Assembly (NCBI GenBank): GCA_031409655.1 | Contig: JANNXQ010000273.1 | Span: forward strand, 1-64,000 | From: Chthoniobacteraceae bacterium | Lineage (GTDB): Bacteria > Verrucomicrobiota > Verrucomicrobiia > Chthoniobacterales > Chthoniobacteraceae | DNA: 64,000 nucleotides | Direction of reading: 5' to 3' | Shown here: one piece after another, positions 9,735-19,220 of the stretch | Position numbering within the stretch: the first letter of the stretch is position 1 | Layout: each line of letters begins with the position of its first letter | Translations under genes and position numbers: made by a program | Notes under the pieces: model-generated | What the model was told of the DNA's origin: nothing | The model's input: only the letters and a program-made list of their open reading frames with translations | The model's database searches: none

Positions 9735-9871
9735 GCGGCCATCTTCTGCCGGTCGTGCCCACCCAGCAAGGCGTGAGAAATAGCCATGAACGAAAGGGTC
9801 CCTCAATACACTTCAGGCAGGGCGCGCATGAAGCTCCCCTGCATCGAGACGGTGCGTCTCTCGATTCCTGG

Positions 9872-11164
9872 CTACGCCGCGTCCTTGTCCTGTTTCTTGC
9901 GAATGATCGGCGTCTTTTTCCCCTCGATAACGGCCCGGTTCACCGTCACGTCGGCGACATCCTCCCGGCTCGGGATCTCGTACATGACGTCGAGCATCAC
10001 GCGCTCCAGAATCGAGCGGAGCGCGCGCGCTCCAGTCCCCTTCTCCGCAGCTTGTTGCGCCAGGGCGCGGAGGGCATCCTTCGTGAAGGTCAGGTTAGCA
10101 CCCTCCATTGCGAGCAGCTTGGTGTACTGCTTGATCATCGCGTTCTTGGTGTCCGAGAGAATCATGACCAATTCATCCTCGGTCAGTTGATCGAGCGCAG
10201 CGACAACCGGCAAACGCCCGATGAATTCGGGGATCATGCCGAAGGCCAGGAGGTCCTCAGGTTCGGCAAAACGCAGGATTTCACTCCCTGGAATCTCCGC
10301 CTCAGTGGCTTCGCCTGGTTTCGAGGTTGAACCAAAACCGAGGACTTTTTTGCCGCGGCGCTTCTCAACGATCTTGTTCAGCCCGACAAAGGCTCCACCG
10401 CAGACGAAGAGAATTTTCTCCGTGCTGACTTGGATGTACTCCTGATGCGGATGCTTGCGTCCACCTTGCGGCGGGACATTGCAGGTCGTGCCTTCGAGGA
10501 TTTTGAGCAGCGCCTGCTGTACTCCTTCGCCACTGACATCGCGGGTGATGGAGACGTTGTCCGTCTTACGTCCGATCTTGTCGATTTCGTCGATGTAAAC
10601 GATGCCGATCTCCGCCCGCTTGACGTCGTAGTCCGCACTTTGCAGCAGACGCAGGATGATATTCTCGACGTCCTCGCCGACGTAGCCGGCTTCGGTAAGG
10701 GTCGTGGCATCCGCGATGCAGAAAGGCACGTCGAGGATGCGTGCAAGGGTGCGGGCGAGAAGGGTCTTGCCGCTGCCGGTCGGGCCGATGAGCAAGACAT
10801 TGCTCTTCTCGATCTCGACTTCGCTCAGGGGATCCATCGGCAAAGCCGAACCGCCAGAACCGAGGCTCTGGTTGTGCAGGATGCGCTTGTAATGATTATG
10901 CACCGCGACGCTCAGCACCTTCTTCGCGCGGTCCTGACCGATGACGTAGCTATCGAGCGCCCGGCGGATCTCCAGCGGCTTCGGAACACGCAGATTGGTC
11001 GATTGCCGCCGCGCATCCTCCGTCAGTTCCTTATCAAGGATCCCCTTACAAACATTGATACAGCTATCGCAAATATAGACGCCCGGCCCCGCAATGAGCT
11101 TCCGAACCTCCGCATGGCTTTTGCCGCAGAAGCTGCACATCGTGAGATTGGAAGCGCGGGCCAT
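9872..11164 (-). CDS. clpX: ATP-dependent Clp protease ATP-binding subunit ClpX
   Basis: CSFCGK zinc finger, GPTGSGKT Walker [26 protein letters not shown] loop. Confidence 0.98.
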   Translation of the reverse strand: MARASNLTMCSFCGKSHAEVRKLIAGPGVYICDSCINVCKGILDKELTEDARRQSTNLRVPKPLEIRRALDSYVIGQDRAKKVLSVAVHNHYKRILHNQSLGSGGSALPMDPLSEVEIEKSNVLLIGPTGSGKTLLARTLARILDVPFCIADATTLTEAGYVGEDVENIILRLLQSADYDVKRAEIGIVYIDEIDKIGRKTDNVSITRDVSGEGVQQALLKILEGTTCNVPPQGGRKHPHQEYIQVSTEKILFVCGGAFVGLNKIVEKRRGKKVLGFGSTSKPGEATEAEIPGSEILRFAEPEDLLAFGMIPEFIGRLPVVAALDQLTEDELVMILSDTKNAMIKQYTKLLAMEGANLTFTKDALRALAQQAAEKGTGARALRSILERVMLDVMYEIPSREDVADVTVNRAVIEGKKTPIIRKKQDKDAA

Positions 11165-11194
11165 AGGGTATAAAGCGGTGCGGAAGCAGCGGAC

Positions 11195-11881
11195 TTACTC
11201 GTCCTTTTTGTCAGCGATGGCGGCGGACTCCGCCGGCGCGTCCAAGTGTTTCAATTCTTTCCGTGCGCGCACGACCTCGTCCACGAGGCCGTAAGCCTTG
11301 GCTTCATCGGCGCTCATGTAGTAGTCCCGATCGGAATCGTTCTTCACCTGCTCATCGGATTTACCCGTGCTGCTGGCGAGGATGTGGATGAGACGCTTCT
11401 TCAGCTTGTACATGTATTCGACCGTCCGCTCGACGTCGCTGGCCGTGCCCTGCGCGCCGCCGCTCACCTGGTGAATCATGATGTCCGAATTTGGCAGGGC
11501 AAAGCGTTTCCCTTTCGTCCCTGCGGCCAGGAGCACTGCGCCCATGGAGGCCGCCATCCCGATGCAATAGGTATTCACGTCGCAGGTGAGGAATTGCATG
11601 GTGTCGTAGATGGCCAGACCAGCAGTGACCGAGCCACCGGGAGAATTGATGTAAATGCTGATGTCCTTCTTCCCGTCTTCCATCTGGAGGAAAAGGAGCT
11701 GGGCGATGACGGAGTTGGCCACGCCATCATCAATCGCGGTCCCGAGAAAAATGATGCGGTCCTTGAGGAGCCGGGAATAGATGTCGTAGCTGCGTTCCCC
11801 GCGCCCGGTCTGCTCGACCACCATCGGTACGTAGTAGCTGGCCTGCGGTGTGGTGATGCTGCTTTTTGGCTGGATGATCAT
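11195..11881 (-). CDS. clpP: ATP-dependent Clp protease proteolytic subunit ClpP
   Basis: [20 protein letters not shown], catalytic AASMG, IMIHQ, DRDYYM. Confidence 0.98.
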   Translation of the reverse strand: MIIQPKSSITTPQASYYVPMVVEQTGRGERSYDIYSRLLKDRIIFLGTAIDDGVANSVIAQLLFLQMEDGKKDISIYINSPGGSVTAGLAIYDTMQFLTCDVNTYCIGMAASMGAVLLAAGTKGKRFALPNSDIMIHQVSGGAQGTASDVERTVEYMYKLKKRLIHILASSTGKSDEQVKNDSDRDYYMSADEAKAYGLVDEVVRARKELKHLDAPAESAAIADKKDE

Positions 11882-11910
11882 GAATGGAGTCGGGCCTTTG
11901 GTATCGGTGC

Positions 11911-13230
11911 TTATTTGCCGCTGGATGCGGGCGTGACGCTAGCGTTGGAAGCGAGGAAATCAAGGACCTTGGCCGTCAGGATCTCTTCGCCAATCTGCTC
12001 CATGGCCTCGCGCTTCTGGAGTTCTTTCAGCATTTTCTCAAAGGTCATCTCGTATTTTCCGGCGAGGATTGCCACACGTCCGTAGAGCTCTTCACGGGCC
12101 ACTTTGATGCCTTCCTTCTCGGCGATCCGAAGGAGGACGAATGTGCCCTTGATCCGCTCGCGTGCGCTCGTGGCCGCAGTCCCGACCAGTTCCTTTTCAT
12201 TCTCCTTGAGCACTTCGTCGGCGACTCCACGGTCATGGTTTTCCTTCACGATTTCCCGGAGGATGCGCTGCGTTTCCTGACGCACGAGATTCGCCGGAAG
12301 CTCGCACTCCACGCTGGCGAGCAACTGGCGCATGATCTCCCGGCGCTTGGTGGCCTCGACGCCATTTTTCTTCTGCTGCTCGAGTTCTTCGCGGGCCATC
12401 GTCCGCAACTCGGCGAGGGTCTTTCCCTCCGCCACCGAGGAGGCAAACTTGTCATCGAGCGCGGGCAATTCCTTGTTCTTGATGCCCTTGAGCGTGACCT
12501 CATAAGAGATCGTCTTCCCTGGCATATCCGGCACTGGAAAGTCCGCCGGAACGACGATGTCAAACTTTCGCGTTTCGCCAATTTTCGCGCCCACGAGGTT
12601 CTCCGCGTAGCCGGGGAAGAAAGCCTCCGGCGTCATGCGAATCCAAAAGTCGTCGTTCGCTGAAAGCGGTTTTCCGGCTTTCGGAAACACCTCATGAACG
12701 GCCTGCTCGCCGACCATCCCTTTGTAATCGACCACCACGTAGTCATCCATGGCCGCAGTGCGGCCTTCGACATCCACAAAGTCCGCAGCCTGATCGCGCA
12801 ACTCCTCGATCGATTGATCGATCTCCTGATCCGTGACCTCGAGCGCAGGGACCGCGACCGCCAGCCCCTTGTACTCAGGGAGCGAAAATTCCGGATGGGT
12901 CACCACCGTGGCCGTGAACGACAGCCCTTTGTCATCCGCAAATTCGATATCCTCGACATTCGCGACCTGGAGGACGCGGAGCTTTTGCTCTGCGATCGCG
13001 CTGCGCGTGGAGTCGCCGAGCAGCTTCCGCTCAAGCTCCTCTTTGATCTCTTTTTTGTAGCGGCGCTCGACCACCGGTTGCGGCGCTTTCCCTGGACGGT
13101 AGCCCGGCAGCTTCGCGACCTTGGCGTATTCCTTGACGATCGAATTGCGCGCGGCGGCAACTTTGTCCGCCTCCACTTCGATTTTCAGGGTGGCGAGGCA
13201 ATTGGGAAGTTGTTGGACGGTGACGTTCAT
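11911..13230 (-). CDS. tig: Trigger factor
   Basis: Ribosome-binding PGYRPGKAP motif, FKBP-like middle domain, canonical tig-clpP-clpX order; ATG 13230. Confidence 0.95.
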   Translation of the reverse strand: MNVTVQQLPNCLATLKIEVEADKVAAARNSIVKEYAKVAKLPGYRPGKAPQPVVERRYKKEIKEELERKLLGDSTRSAIAEQKLRVLQVANVEDIEFADDKGLSFTATVVTHPEFSLPEYKGLAVAVPALEVTDQEIDQSIEELRDQAADFVDVEGRTAAMDDYVVVDYKGMVGEQAVHEVFPKAGKPLSANDDFWIRMTPEAFFPGYAENLVGAKIGETRKFDIVVPADFPVPDMPGKTISYEVTLKGIKNKELPALDDKFASSVAEGKTLAELRTMAREELEQQKKNGVEATKRREIMRQLLASVECELPANLVRQETQRILREIVKENHDRGVADEVLKENEKELVGTAATSARERIKGTFVLLRIAEKEGIKVAREELYGRVAILAGKYEMTFEKMLKELQKREAMEQIGEEILTAKVLDFLASNASVTPASSGK

Positions 13231-13458
13231 AGGGAAATGAGGAAAAGGGTGCCGAAGATAGCCGCTGAGGTGGTCTTGCAAAGGGCGAAGTTCAGCGAAA
13301 GCGCTCGCCGCGATTCACGCCGAGCATTGCTCGCCTTAGCCACAGAAAAATCAGTCTCCCAGTTCGCCCCCGGGATCGGCGGAGGCCCCGTGACCAGAGG
13401 CGCAAATCTGGTCAAGACCACGCTGGGAGATTCACCTGCGCCGGAACCCAACGGCCTC

Positions 13459-14097
13459 TTACCAATTCTTGACCCACTTTTGCCGGTCTTCGTCCAGCGG
13501 CTTGGGCACGTTCGATCCGCCCGTGGACCAAAGGTCGTAGGTCGGGTTGAAGCCTTTGTCCACCGGACGCGTGGCGCCCGGATCCTTCCGCAGCGTCTGG
13601 CGATAGTCCTCGTCGGCAGACAGGCCCATCGTGGAGTAGCCGTAGCAATTGCCGAATGGATCCTGAATGTATTCCACCTTCCGGTTTGGGGCCTTGGGAT
13701 CTTCAAACTTCACGCGCTCCGCGCGAAAGAAATCGCCGGCGTAGGATTTCCCTTTCGGCTTATATTCGAGGTTCTCGTCGCCGCTGAGCGCCTTGTAGAG
13801 CGTCTGGCTCGCCATCTTGTAAAGCTTGAGCTGATCGCCGCTGGCGGGTGCGCCGTGGTTTCTCGGATCGAGAATATCGGTCGTCTCCGCCTCGCGAGGC
13901 ACACTGCCATTGTCCACGCTGTAGTTCTCGATCGCCATCGAGATCGCGGCGATTTCGGTTTTCGTGCGGTTCACGGCAGCCTTTCGTTGCACGTAGCTAT
14001 TCACCGAAAGCACCATCGAAACGAGGATGACGATCACCGCCATCACAGTGATCATCTCGATGAGCGTAAAGCCAGCGCGGGAGGGGGAGCGTTTCAT
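13459..14097 (-). CDS. Type IV pilin / T2SS pseudopilin (GspG-like)
   Basis: Prepilin cleavage motif AG|FTLIEM plus hydrophobic helix; DPFGN.Y.Y and YDLWSTG GspG-like motifs. Confidence 0.85.
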   Translation of the reverse strand: MKRSPSRAGFTLIEMITVMAVIVILVSMVLSVNSYVQRKAAVNRTKTEIAAISMAIENYSVDNGSVPREAETTDILDPRNHGAPASGDQLKLYKMASQTLYKALSGDENLEYKPKGKSYAGDFFRAERVKFEDPKAPNRKVEYIQDPFGNCYGYSTMGLSADEDYRQTLRKDPGATRPVDKGFNPTYDLWSTGGSNVPKPLDEDRQKWVKNW

Positions 14098-14139
14098 GAA
14101 CGAATGCTAGTTCGGGTTGCGACGACCTGCCACCGCAAA

Positions 14140-15456
14140 CTAGCTGCCGGGGCTGTTCATGCCCTTGATGATCTCGATCAGCGGCATGAAAAGCGCGATG
14201 ACGATCGTGCCGACGATGAGCGCCAGGATGACGATCATCACCGGCTCGAGCAGCGACGTCAGGCCGTCCACCGCGTTGTCCACTTCATCGTCGTAGACTT
14301 CCGCAATCTTCAGCAGCATCTCCGGGAGCTGCCCAGTCTCCTCACCGACGTCCACCATCGAAATCACCATCGGCGGAAAGACTCCGCTGGCCTCCAGCGG
14401 CTGGACCACGGATTCCCCCTCTTTCACTGCGTCATGCACCTTCGTCACGGCGTCGGCGATGACGACATTGCCGGCCGTTTCCCGCGTGATGTTCAGGGCC
14501 TGCAGGATCGGAACACCGCTGGTCACGAGCGTGCCGAGAGTTCGACTGAAACGGGAGATCGCGCTCTTCCGGAGAAGGTCACCGAAGAGCGGCAACTTGA
14601 GCGCGAGACCGTCGAGGAAGGCGCGCCCTTTGACGCTGCGCGAAAGCACTGTCCAGCCCACCGCAAGACTGACGGCGACCGTGATCGTGCCGATCAGATT
14701 CGGGAAGAGCGGCCAGAACAAGCTCTTGATGAGATCGCTCGCGCCCATGACGTATTCCGTGATCGCCGGCAGCGGCTTGCCATTGAGCATCTCGGAGAAG
14801 ATCTGCTTAAACTTCGGCACGATGAAGGTGAGCAGGAAGAGCATGATCAGCACGGCAATCAAAAGCACGATCACCGGATAGGCCATCGCCGCGAGGACCT
14901 TGTTTTTGACCTTCTGTGCCTTTTCCTGAAACTCCGCGAGCCGCACCAAAACGAGCTCGAGCACGCCGCCGAGCTCGCCCGCTTTCACCATGTTGATGTA
15001 CAGCTTGTTGAAGATTTTCGGATGCTGCGCCATCGCCTCGGAAAAGGTGCTGCCCCCCTGCACGCCATCGGCCAGCGCGTTGATCGTATTGCGCAGCACC
15101 AAGTCCCGCTCCTGCTTCGCGAGCACGGTCAGACTGCGGAGGAGCGGCAGGCCGGCGTCGATCAGCGTCGCGAGCTGCCGGGTGAAAATCATGAGCACCT
15201 TGCCGCTCACGGTCTTCTTTGCGAAGAGCTGGATCTGCCCTTTTTTAGCCTTCGGGGCGGCCGCCGCCTTCACCGCTTTCCCGACCTTTTTGGACGACTT
15301 CGCGGTGACCACGCCCTTGCCTTCCTCCACGACACTGGTGGGGAAAAATCCGGATTGGCGGAGCTGGCCGACGGCGTCGTTGGACGAGCCGGCTTCGATG
15401 ACTCCAGTGGATTCCTGACCGCGCGCGTCCAGCGCGACATAGTTAAATTTTGGCAT
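14140..15456 (-). CDS. pilC: Type II secretion F / type IV pilus platform protein
   Basis: FTRQLATLIDAGLPL, KAGELGG, AMAYP, VGEETGQL, SLLEP. Confidence 0.93.
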   Translation of the reverse strand: MPKFNYVALDARGQESTGVIEAGSSNDAVGQLRQSGFFPTSVVEEGKGVVTAKSSKKVGKAVKAAAAPKAKKGQIQLFAKKTVSGKVLMIFTRQLATLIDAGLPLLRSLTVLAKQERDLVLRNTINALADGVQGGSTFSEAMAQHPKIFNKLYINMVKAGELGGVLELVLVRLAEFQEKAQKVKNKVLAAMAYPVIVLLIAVLIMLFLLTFIVPKFKQIFSEMLNGKPLPAITEYVMGASDLIKSLFWPLFPNLIGTITVAVSLAVGWTVLSRSVKGRAFLDGLALKLPLFGDLLRKSAISRFSRTLGTLVTSGVPILQALNITRETAGNVVIADAVTKVHDAVKEGESVVQPLEASGVFPPMVISMVDVGEETGQLPEMLLKIAEVYDDEVDNAVDGLTSLLEPVMIVILALIVGTIVIALFMPLIEIIKGMNSPGS

Positions 15457-15642
15457 TGGGGGATCGGTTTTTTTGAACCTAAGACTGCGCGCACAAAAAG
15501 GGAAAGTGGAAAGTGGCAGGACCCGCCCAAGAGCGAACGATTTCTTCTTCCCAGCGCGCTCTCCTCGAACGAAGCCCCCTGCGTGAACTAACGCGGGAGC
15601 AAAGAGCAGGATCGAGCGCGCGCTTATTCCTTGGGAACTCGC

Positions 15643-17331
15643 CTACGTGTACTTCAGGATTTCTTCGATCGTCGTCTCGCCAGCGTAGATCGCCCGCAAG
15701 CCATCTTCGCGCAGCGTCGTCATGCCGAGTTCCACGGCCTTCTGCTTGAGCACCACCGACGGTGCACGCTGATTGATCATCTCCCGAATCGGGTCCGTCA
15801 CGTCCAGCAGCTCGTAGATCCCCTTCCGCCCCTTATACCCCGTCTGGTTGCAAGCATCGCAGCCCTTCCCGTAGTAAAACTGCTTGTCGCCGATCTCATG
15901 CGGGCTCAGCCCGAGTTGCTGCAACGTCGCTTCATTTGGATCGTACGGCGTGATGCACCCTGTGCAAATCTTCCGGATCAGCCGCTGCCCGAGCACGCCC
16001 TCGAGCGACGCCGAAATCAGGAATGGCTCCACCCCCATGTCGATCAGTCGCGTCACCGCGCCCGGCGCATCATTTGTGTGCAAAGTGGACAGCACCAGAT
16101 GCCCCGTCAGCGAGGCCTGGATGGCGATCTGCGCCGTCTCGATGTCGCGCGTTTCCCCCACCATGATGCGATCCGGGTCCTGCCGGAGAAATGCCCGCAG
16201 CACCCGCCCAAAAGTCAGCCCGATACTCTCATTCACCGGCACCTGGATGATCCCCTCGATGTCATATTCCACCGGATCCTCCGCCGTCAGCACCTTCGTA
16301 TCCACCGTGTTGATCTTATTCAGCGCGGCATACAGCGTCGTCGTCTTCCCCGAGCCCGTCGGCCCCGTCACGATGAAAATCCCATTCGGCTTCTCGATCG
16401 TCTTGCAGATGTATTCGTAGATCCGCGGCGGCATCGCCAGCATCTCCAGATTCAGATTTGCCGACGAACGATCCAGCACCCGCAACACCACCGATTCCCC
16501 ATACTGCGTCGGCAGCGTGGAAACGCGCAGATCGATCCCCCGCCCCGCCACCGTCATCTGGATGCGCCCGTCCTGCGGCAGACGCCGCTCCGCGATATTC
16601 AGATTCGCCATCACCTTCACCCGCGAGATCACCGGCAGCGCCAGATGCCGCGGCGGCGGAGACATTTCATAAAGTGCCCCGTCCACCCGATACCGGATCT
16701 TAAACTCCGTCTCAAACGGCTCAAAGTGAATGTCCGACGCCCGATCCTGCACCGCCTGATACAGCACCAGATCCACATAGCGGATGATCGGCGTCGCATT
16801 CGCCTCCGCCTCCAGCTCCTTCGCATTGAAGCTCGAATCCGGCCCGCCAAACTCCAGCTCCCCGCCCCCCAGCGCCGCCAGGATCTCATCCATGCTCCCC
16901 GCATCCGTCCCAAAGTGTTTCTTGATCAGTTCCTCGATCTGGTACGTCGGCGCCACAACCACATGGATCTCCTTGCCCAGCGCAAAGCGCAGATCCTCCG
17001 ACGTCTGCTGATTCAGCGGATCGGCCAGCGCCACCTGCACCGTATTCCCCTCCAGCCCCACCGGGAAAGCCTTGTGCAGCATCGCCAGCCCCACCGGGAT
17101 CAGGCGCAGCGTCTCCGTCTCTGGCTCAAACTCCCGCAAATCCACAAAATCCGTCCCCAGCGAAGAAGCCACCGTCTGGTAAAACTGCTCCTCCGTGCAG
17201 ATCTGGTAGTCCACCATCACATCCACCAGCGACTTCCCCGAACTCGTCACCTCCCCCTCGATGTCTTCCGCCTGCGCTTCATCGATCACACCTTGTTCGA
17301 CGAAGAGTTCCAGCACTTGTTTAGCGTTCAT
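15643..17331 (-). CDS. pilB: Type IV pilus / T2SS assembly ATPase (PilB/GspE)
   Basis: [51 protein letters not shown], CxxC...CxxC; ATG 17331. Confidence 0.93.
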   Translation of the reverse strand: MNAKQVLELFVEQGVIDEAQAEDIEGEVTSSGKSLVDVMVDYQICTEEQFYQTVASSLGTDFVDLREFEPETETLRLIPVGLAMLHKAFPVGLEGNTVQVALADPLNQQTSEDLRFALGKEIHVVVAPTYQIEELIKKHFGTDAGSMDEILAALGGGELEFGGPDSSFNAKELEAEANATPIIRYVDLVLYQAVQDRASDIHFEPFETEFKIRYRVDGALYEMSPPPRHLALPVISRVKVMANLNIAERRLPQDGRIQMTVAGRGIDLRVSTLPTQYGESVVLRVLDRSSANLNLEMLAMPPRIYEYICKTIEKPNGIFIVTGPTGSGKTTTLYAALNKINTVDTKVLTAEDPVEYDIEGIIQVPVNESIGLTFGRVLRAFLRQDPDRIMVGETRDIETAQIAIQASLTGHLVLSTLHTNDAPGAVTRLIDMGVEPFLISASLEGVLGQRLIRKICTGCITPYDPNEATLQQLGLSPHEIGDKQFYYGKGCDACNQTGYKGRKGIYELLDVTDPIREMINQRAPSVVLKQKAVELGMTTLREDGLRAIYAGETTIEEILKYT

Positions 17332-17467
17332 GGGGAGGCTTGAGAGAAAGAGGAATAAGTTCCCCGCACCGTAACGCGAACTTCGCCCCGACAGTAAAGG
17401 AATTTGTGCGCCCACCCGCATTCGAGCGCGTCCTGCACTTTTGCCGCGCGAGCACCCCGGGGAAAAC

Positions 17468-17503
17468 CCAAACCCCAAGCTCCAAGCACCAGCGAAGCAC
17501 CAA
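17468..17503 (-). repeat. One-sided heptamer-like tract (TTGGTGC/TTGGAGC/TTGGGGT on the minus strand) upstream of pilB
   Basis: Minus strand reads TTGGTGC TTCGCTGGTGC TTGGAGC TTGGGGT TTGGG. Confidence 0.5.
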
Positions 17504-17571
17504 AGTCGTGGCGGAGGAAAAAGCGGCTGCGACTTTGGCGGTACGGATTTCTGCCGCGACCGCCTTACCCC

Positions 17572-18378
17572 TCACTTGGCTGCCTCGCCGGACGTGTAAA
17601 GGAGCGCTTCGTTTGCACCCGCGCCTACGGGCTGCCCGGGAATCGCGATTTTCTCGGGAGTCGGAGTCTCAGGACTGATGATGATCGCTCCTGAGAGCGT
17701 CGCAGGCCCCTCGATCTGCTGCGCGACAATCCGATTGATTTTCTGAGCCATAAAGCTCTGGCTCCGGCTCACGGATTTATTCCCACTGAAGGCCAGCGTC
17801 TTCGTCAATGGAACTCTGCTCGCGTTGTAGGAAATGACTGCCGTGCAACCAAAGTCATCGCTTGCATTTTTCGGCTGCAGCATTGCCATGATCTGTCGGT
17901 CGGGCGGCCCATTCTGCGGCAACTTTTCCTCTGTCGCTGCCGGGGCGTGGAGTTTGCCGTTGTGGAATCCCAACGCCTTAGTGGAAAGGATGAGCGGATC
18001 ACTATGCTTGGTTCCGAAGTCGAGTTCGGCTTGCAGTACGATGGGGAGATTTGCGCGATAGCGGACTCCGTTCGCAATTCGCTCGTCCGTCAAATTTTCG
18101 CCGGCAGGTGAAAACCGAATTTTCAGCCCTGCTCGTTTCGCTCAAAGTCCGTCCCACGTTTCCACAAGAAACGCGAGGTCTTCCCGTTCCTTGCGGCCTT
18201 CCGGCGAGACCCCTGCCCAGTGGGTAAGCGCATGCCAGGCTGCGGGGTTGGGCTGTTCCAGAGCGGCTCGAACTCGCTTTTCAAAATCGGCTTTCATCGC
18301 CGGTGTGACGTTCGCGTCCTCCGCAGATGCAAACGATCCGAAGTGTACGATGAGCATGCCGAGGTGGAAGAATTTCAC
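17572..18378 (-). pseudogene. Hypothetical secreted protein interrupted by one in-frame TGA (18142-18144)
   Basis: ORFs 18142..18435 and 17572..18093 share a frame: ...ETWDGL*AKRAGLKIRFSPAGENLTDER...; signal-peptide-like start VKFFHLGMLIVHFGSFASA at GTG 18378. Confidence 0.55.
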
Positions 18379-18383
18379 TCTCC

Positions 18384-19148
18384 ATGAATAACAAGCCTGC
18401 GGTTTTCCCGACAAGTCGATTTCCGCCCCGTACAAACGGAGAGCGTCCCAACTACTCTTCCCACCAGGTGGCGCGCGCGGTCGGTGACGCCGAGGCCAAC
18501 CCCCGCACCGTCCCCACCATTTGCAAACGCACGGGGGAGCTGGTGCCGCTCTGGAAACAGGCCAATGCCGCCCTTGCCGCGCTGCCCGATCCGCAGCCGC
18601 CGCTGGTCCGGACCATCGCCGGAGAAGCGTGGACGGTGGCCAAGCTGGAGACCCTCTGCGCCACGGGTTATGATCACTTAGTAAAGTTACTCAATGAAAA
18701 GCAGGAGGCGCTGGATGAAACGCGCGAGGCCTTGCGCGAGCACGATGCGGTGGTCGATCGGCTGAATAAGAACTGGTACGTGAAGAATACTTACGACCCC
18801 GGCACGGACATCTACGACGCCCTGGCCGGCATCCCCGTGGAAGCGAGCACGCCGGCGCCGGACCCCATCGGGAACGACACCGTGACCCAAGGCGGCGAAC
18901 GCGGCCTGCAAGTGCTGGTCAGTTACGTGGCCGGCGGCGGCGATCACGCCACGACGCGCTAGGTGCAATGGCAAGTAGTAGGCACCGATCCGGATTTCAC
19001 CCACAACGCCCCGGTGGACGCGAGCGGCAATGCACCGGAGCCCTTTGCGCAGGGTAAGGTGGTGAAAGTGCGCACCCTGGTAAGCAACAGCGTGGCCGCG
19101 CAGACGACCGCGCCGCGGACGATCGCCCTCGGGCCGGCGATCGTGTAG
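18384..19148 (+). pseudogene. Degraded hypothetical gene (helical region plus Fn3/Ig-like C-terminus) with in-frame TAG (18960-18962)
   Basis: ORF 18963..19148 continues the frame of 18384..18962: GGGDHATTR*VQWQVVGTDPDF...VKVRTLVSNS. The 5' end looks truncated. Confidence 0.6.
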
Positions 19149-19220
19149 GGAGCCGCCACCGGCGCGGCATTTTCTCTCTAGGCGCGGCGGGATTTCCGGG
19201 GCAGCTTCCGGCCCTCTCCC

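Noticed and set aside
12694..15591. 965-aa plus-strand ORF and many other long antisense ORFs (15631-17343, 29514-31361, 43782-45302, 46071-48431, 61304-62707)
   Set aside because: Shadow frames opposite well-supported genes in high-GC DNA; no recognisable motifs.
17572..19148. Alternative genetic code explaining the two in-frame stops
   Set aside because: One stop is TGA and the other TAG, and both codons terminate conserved genes normally elsewhere in the window (ilvD TGA, clpX TAG).
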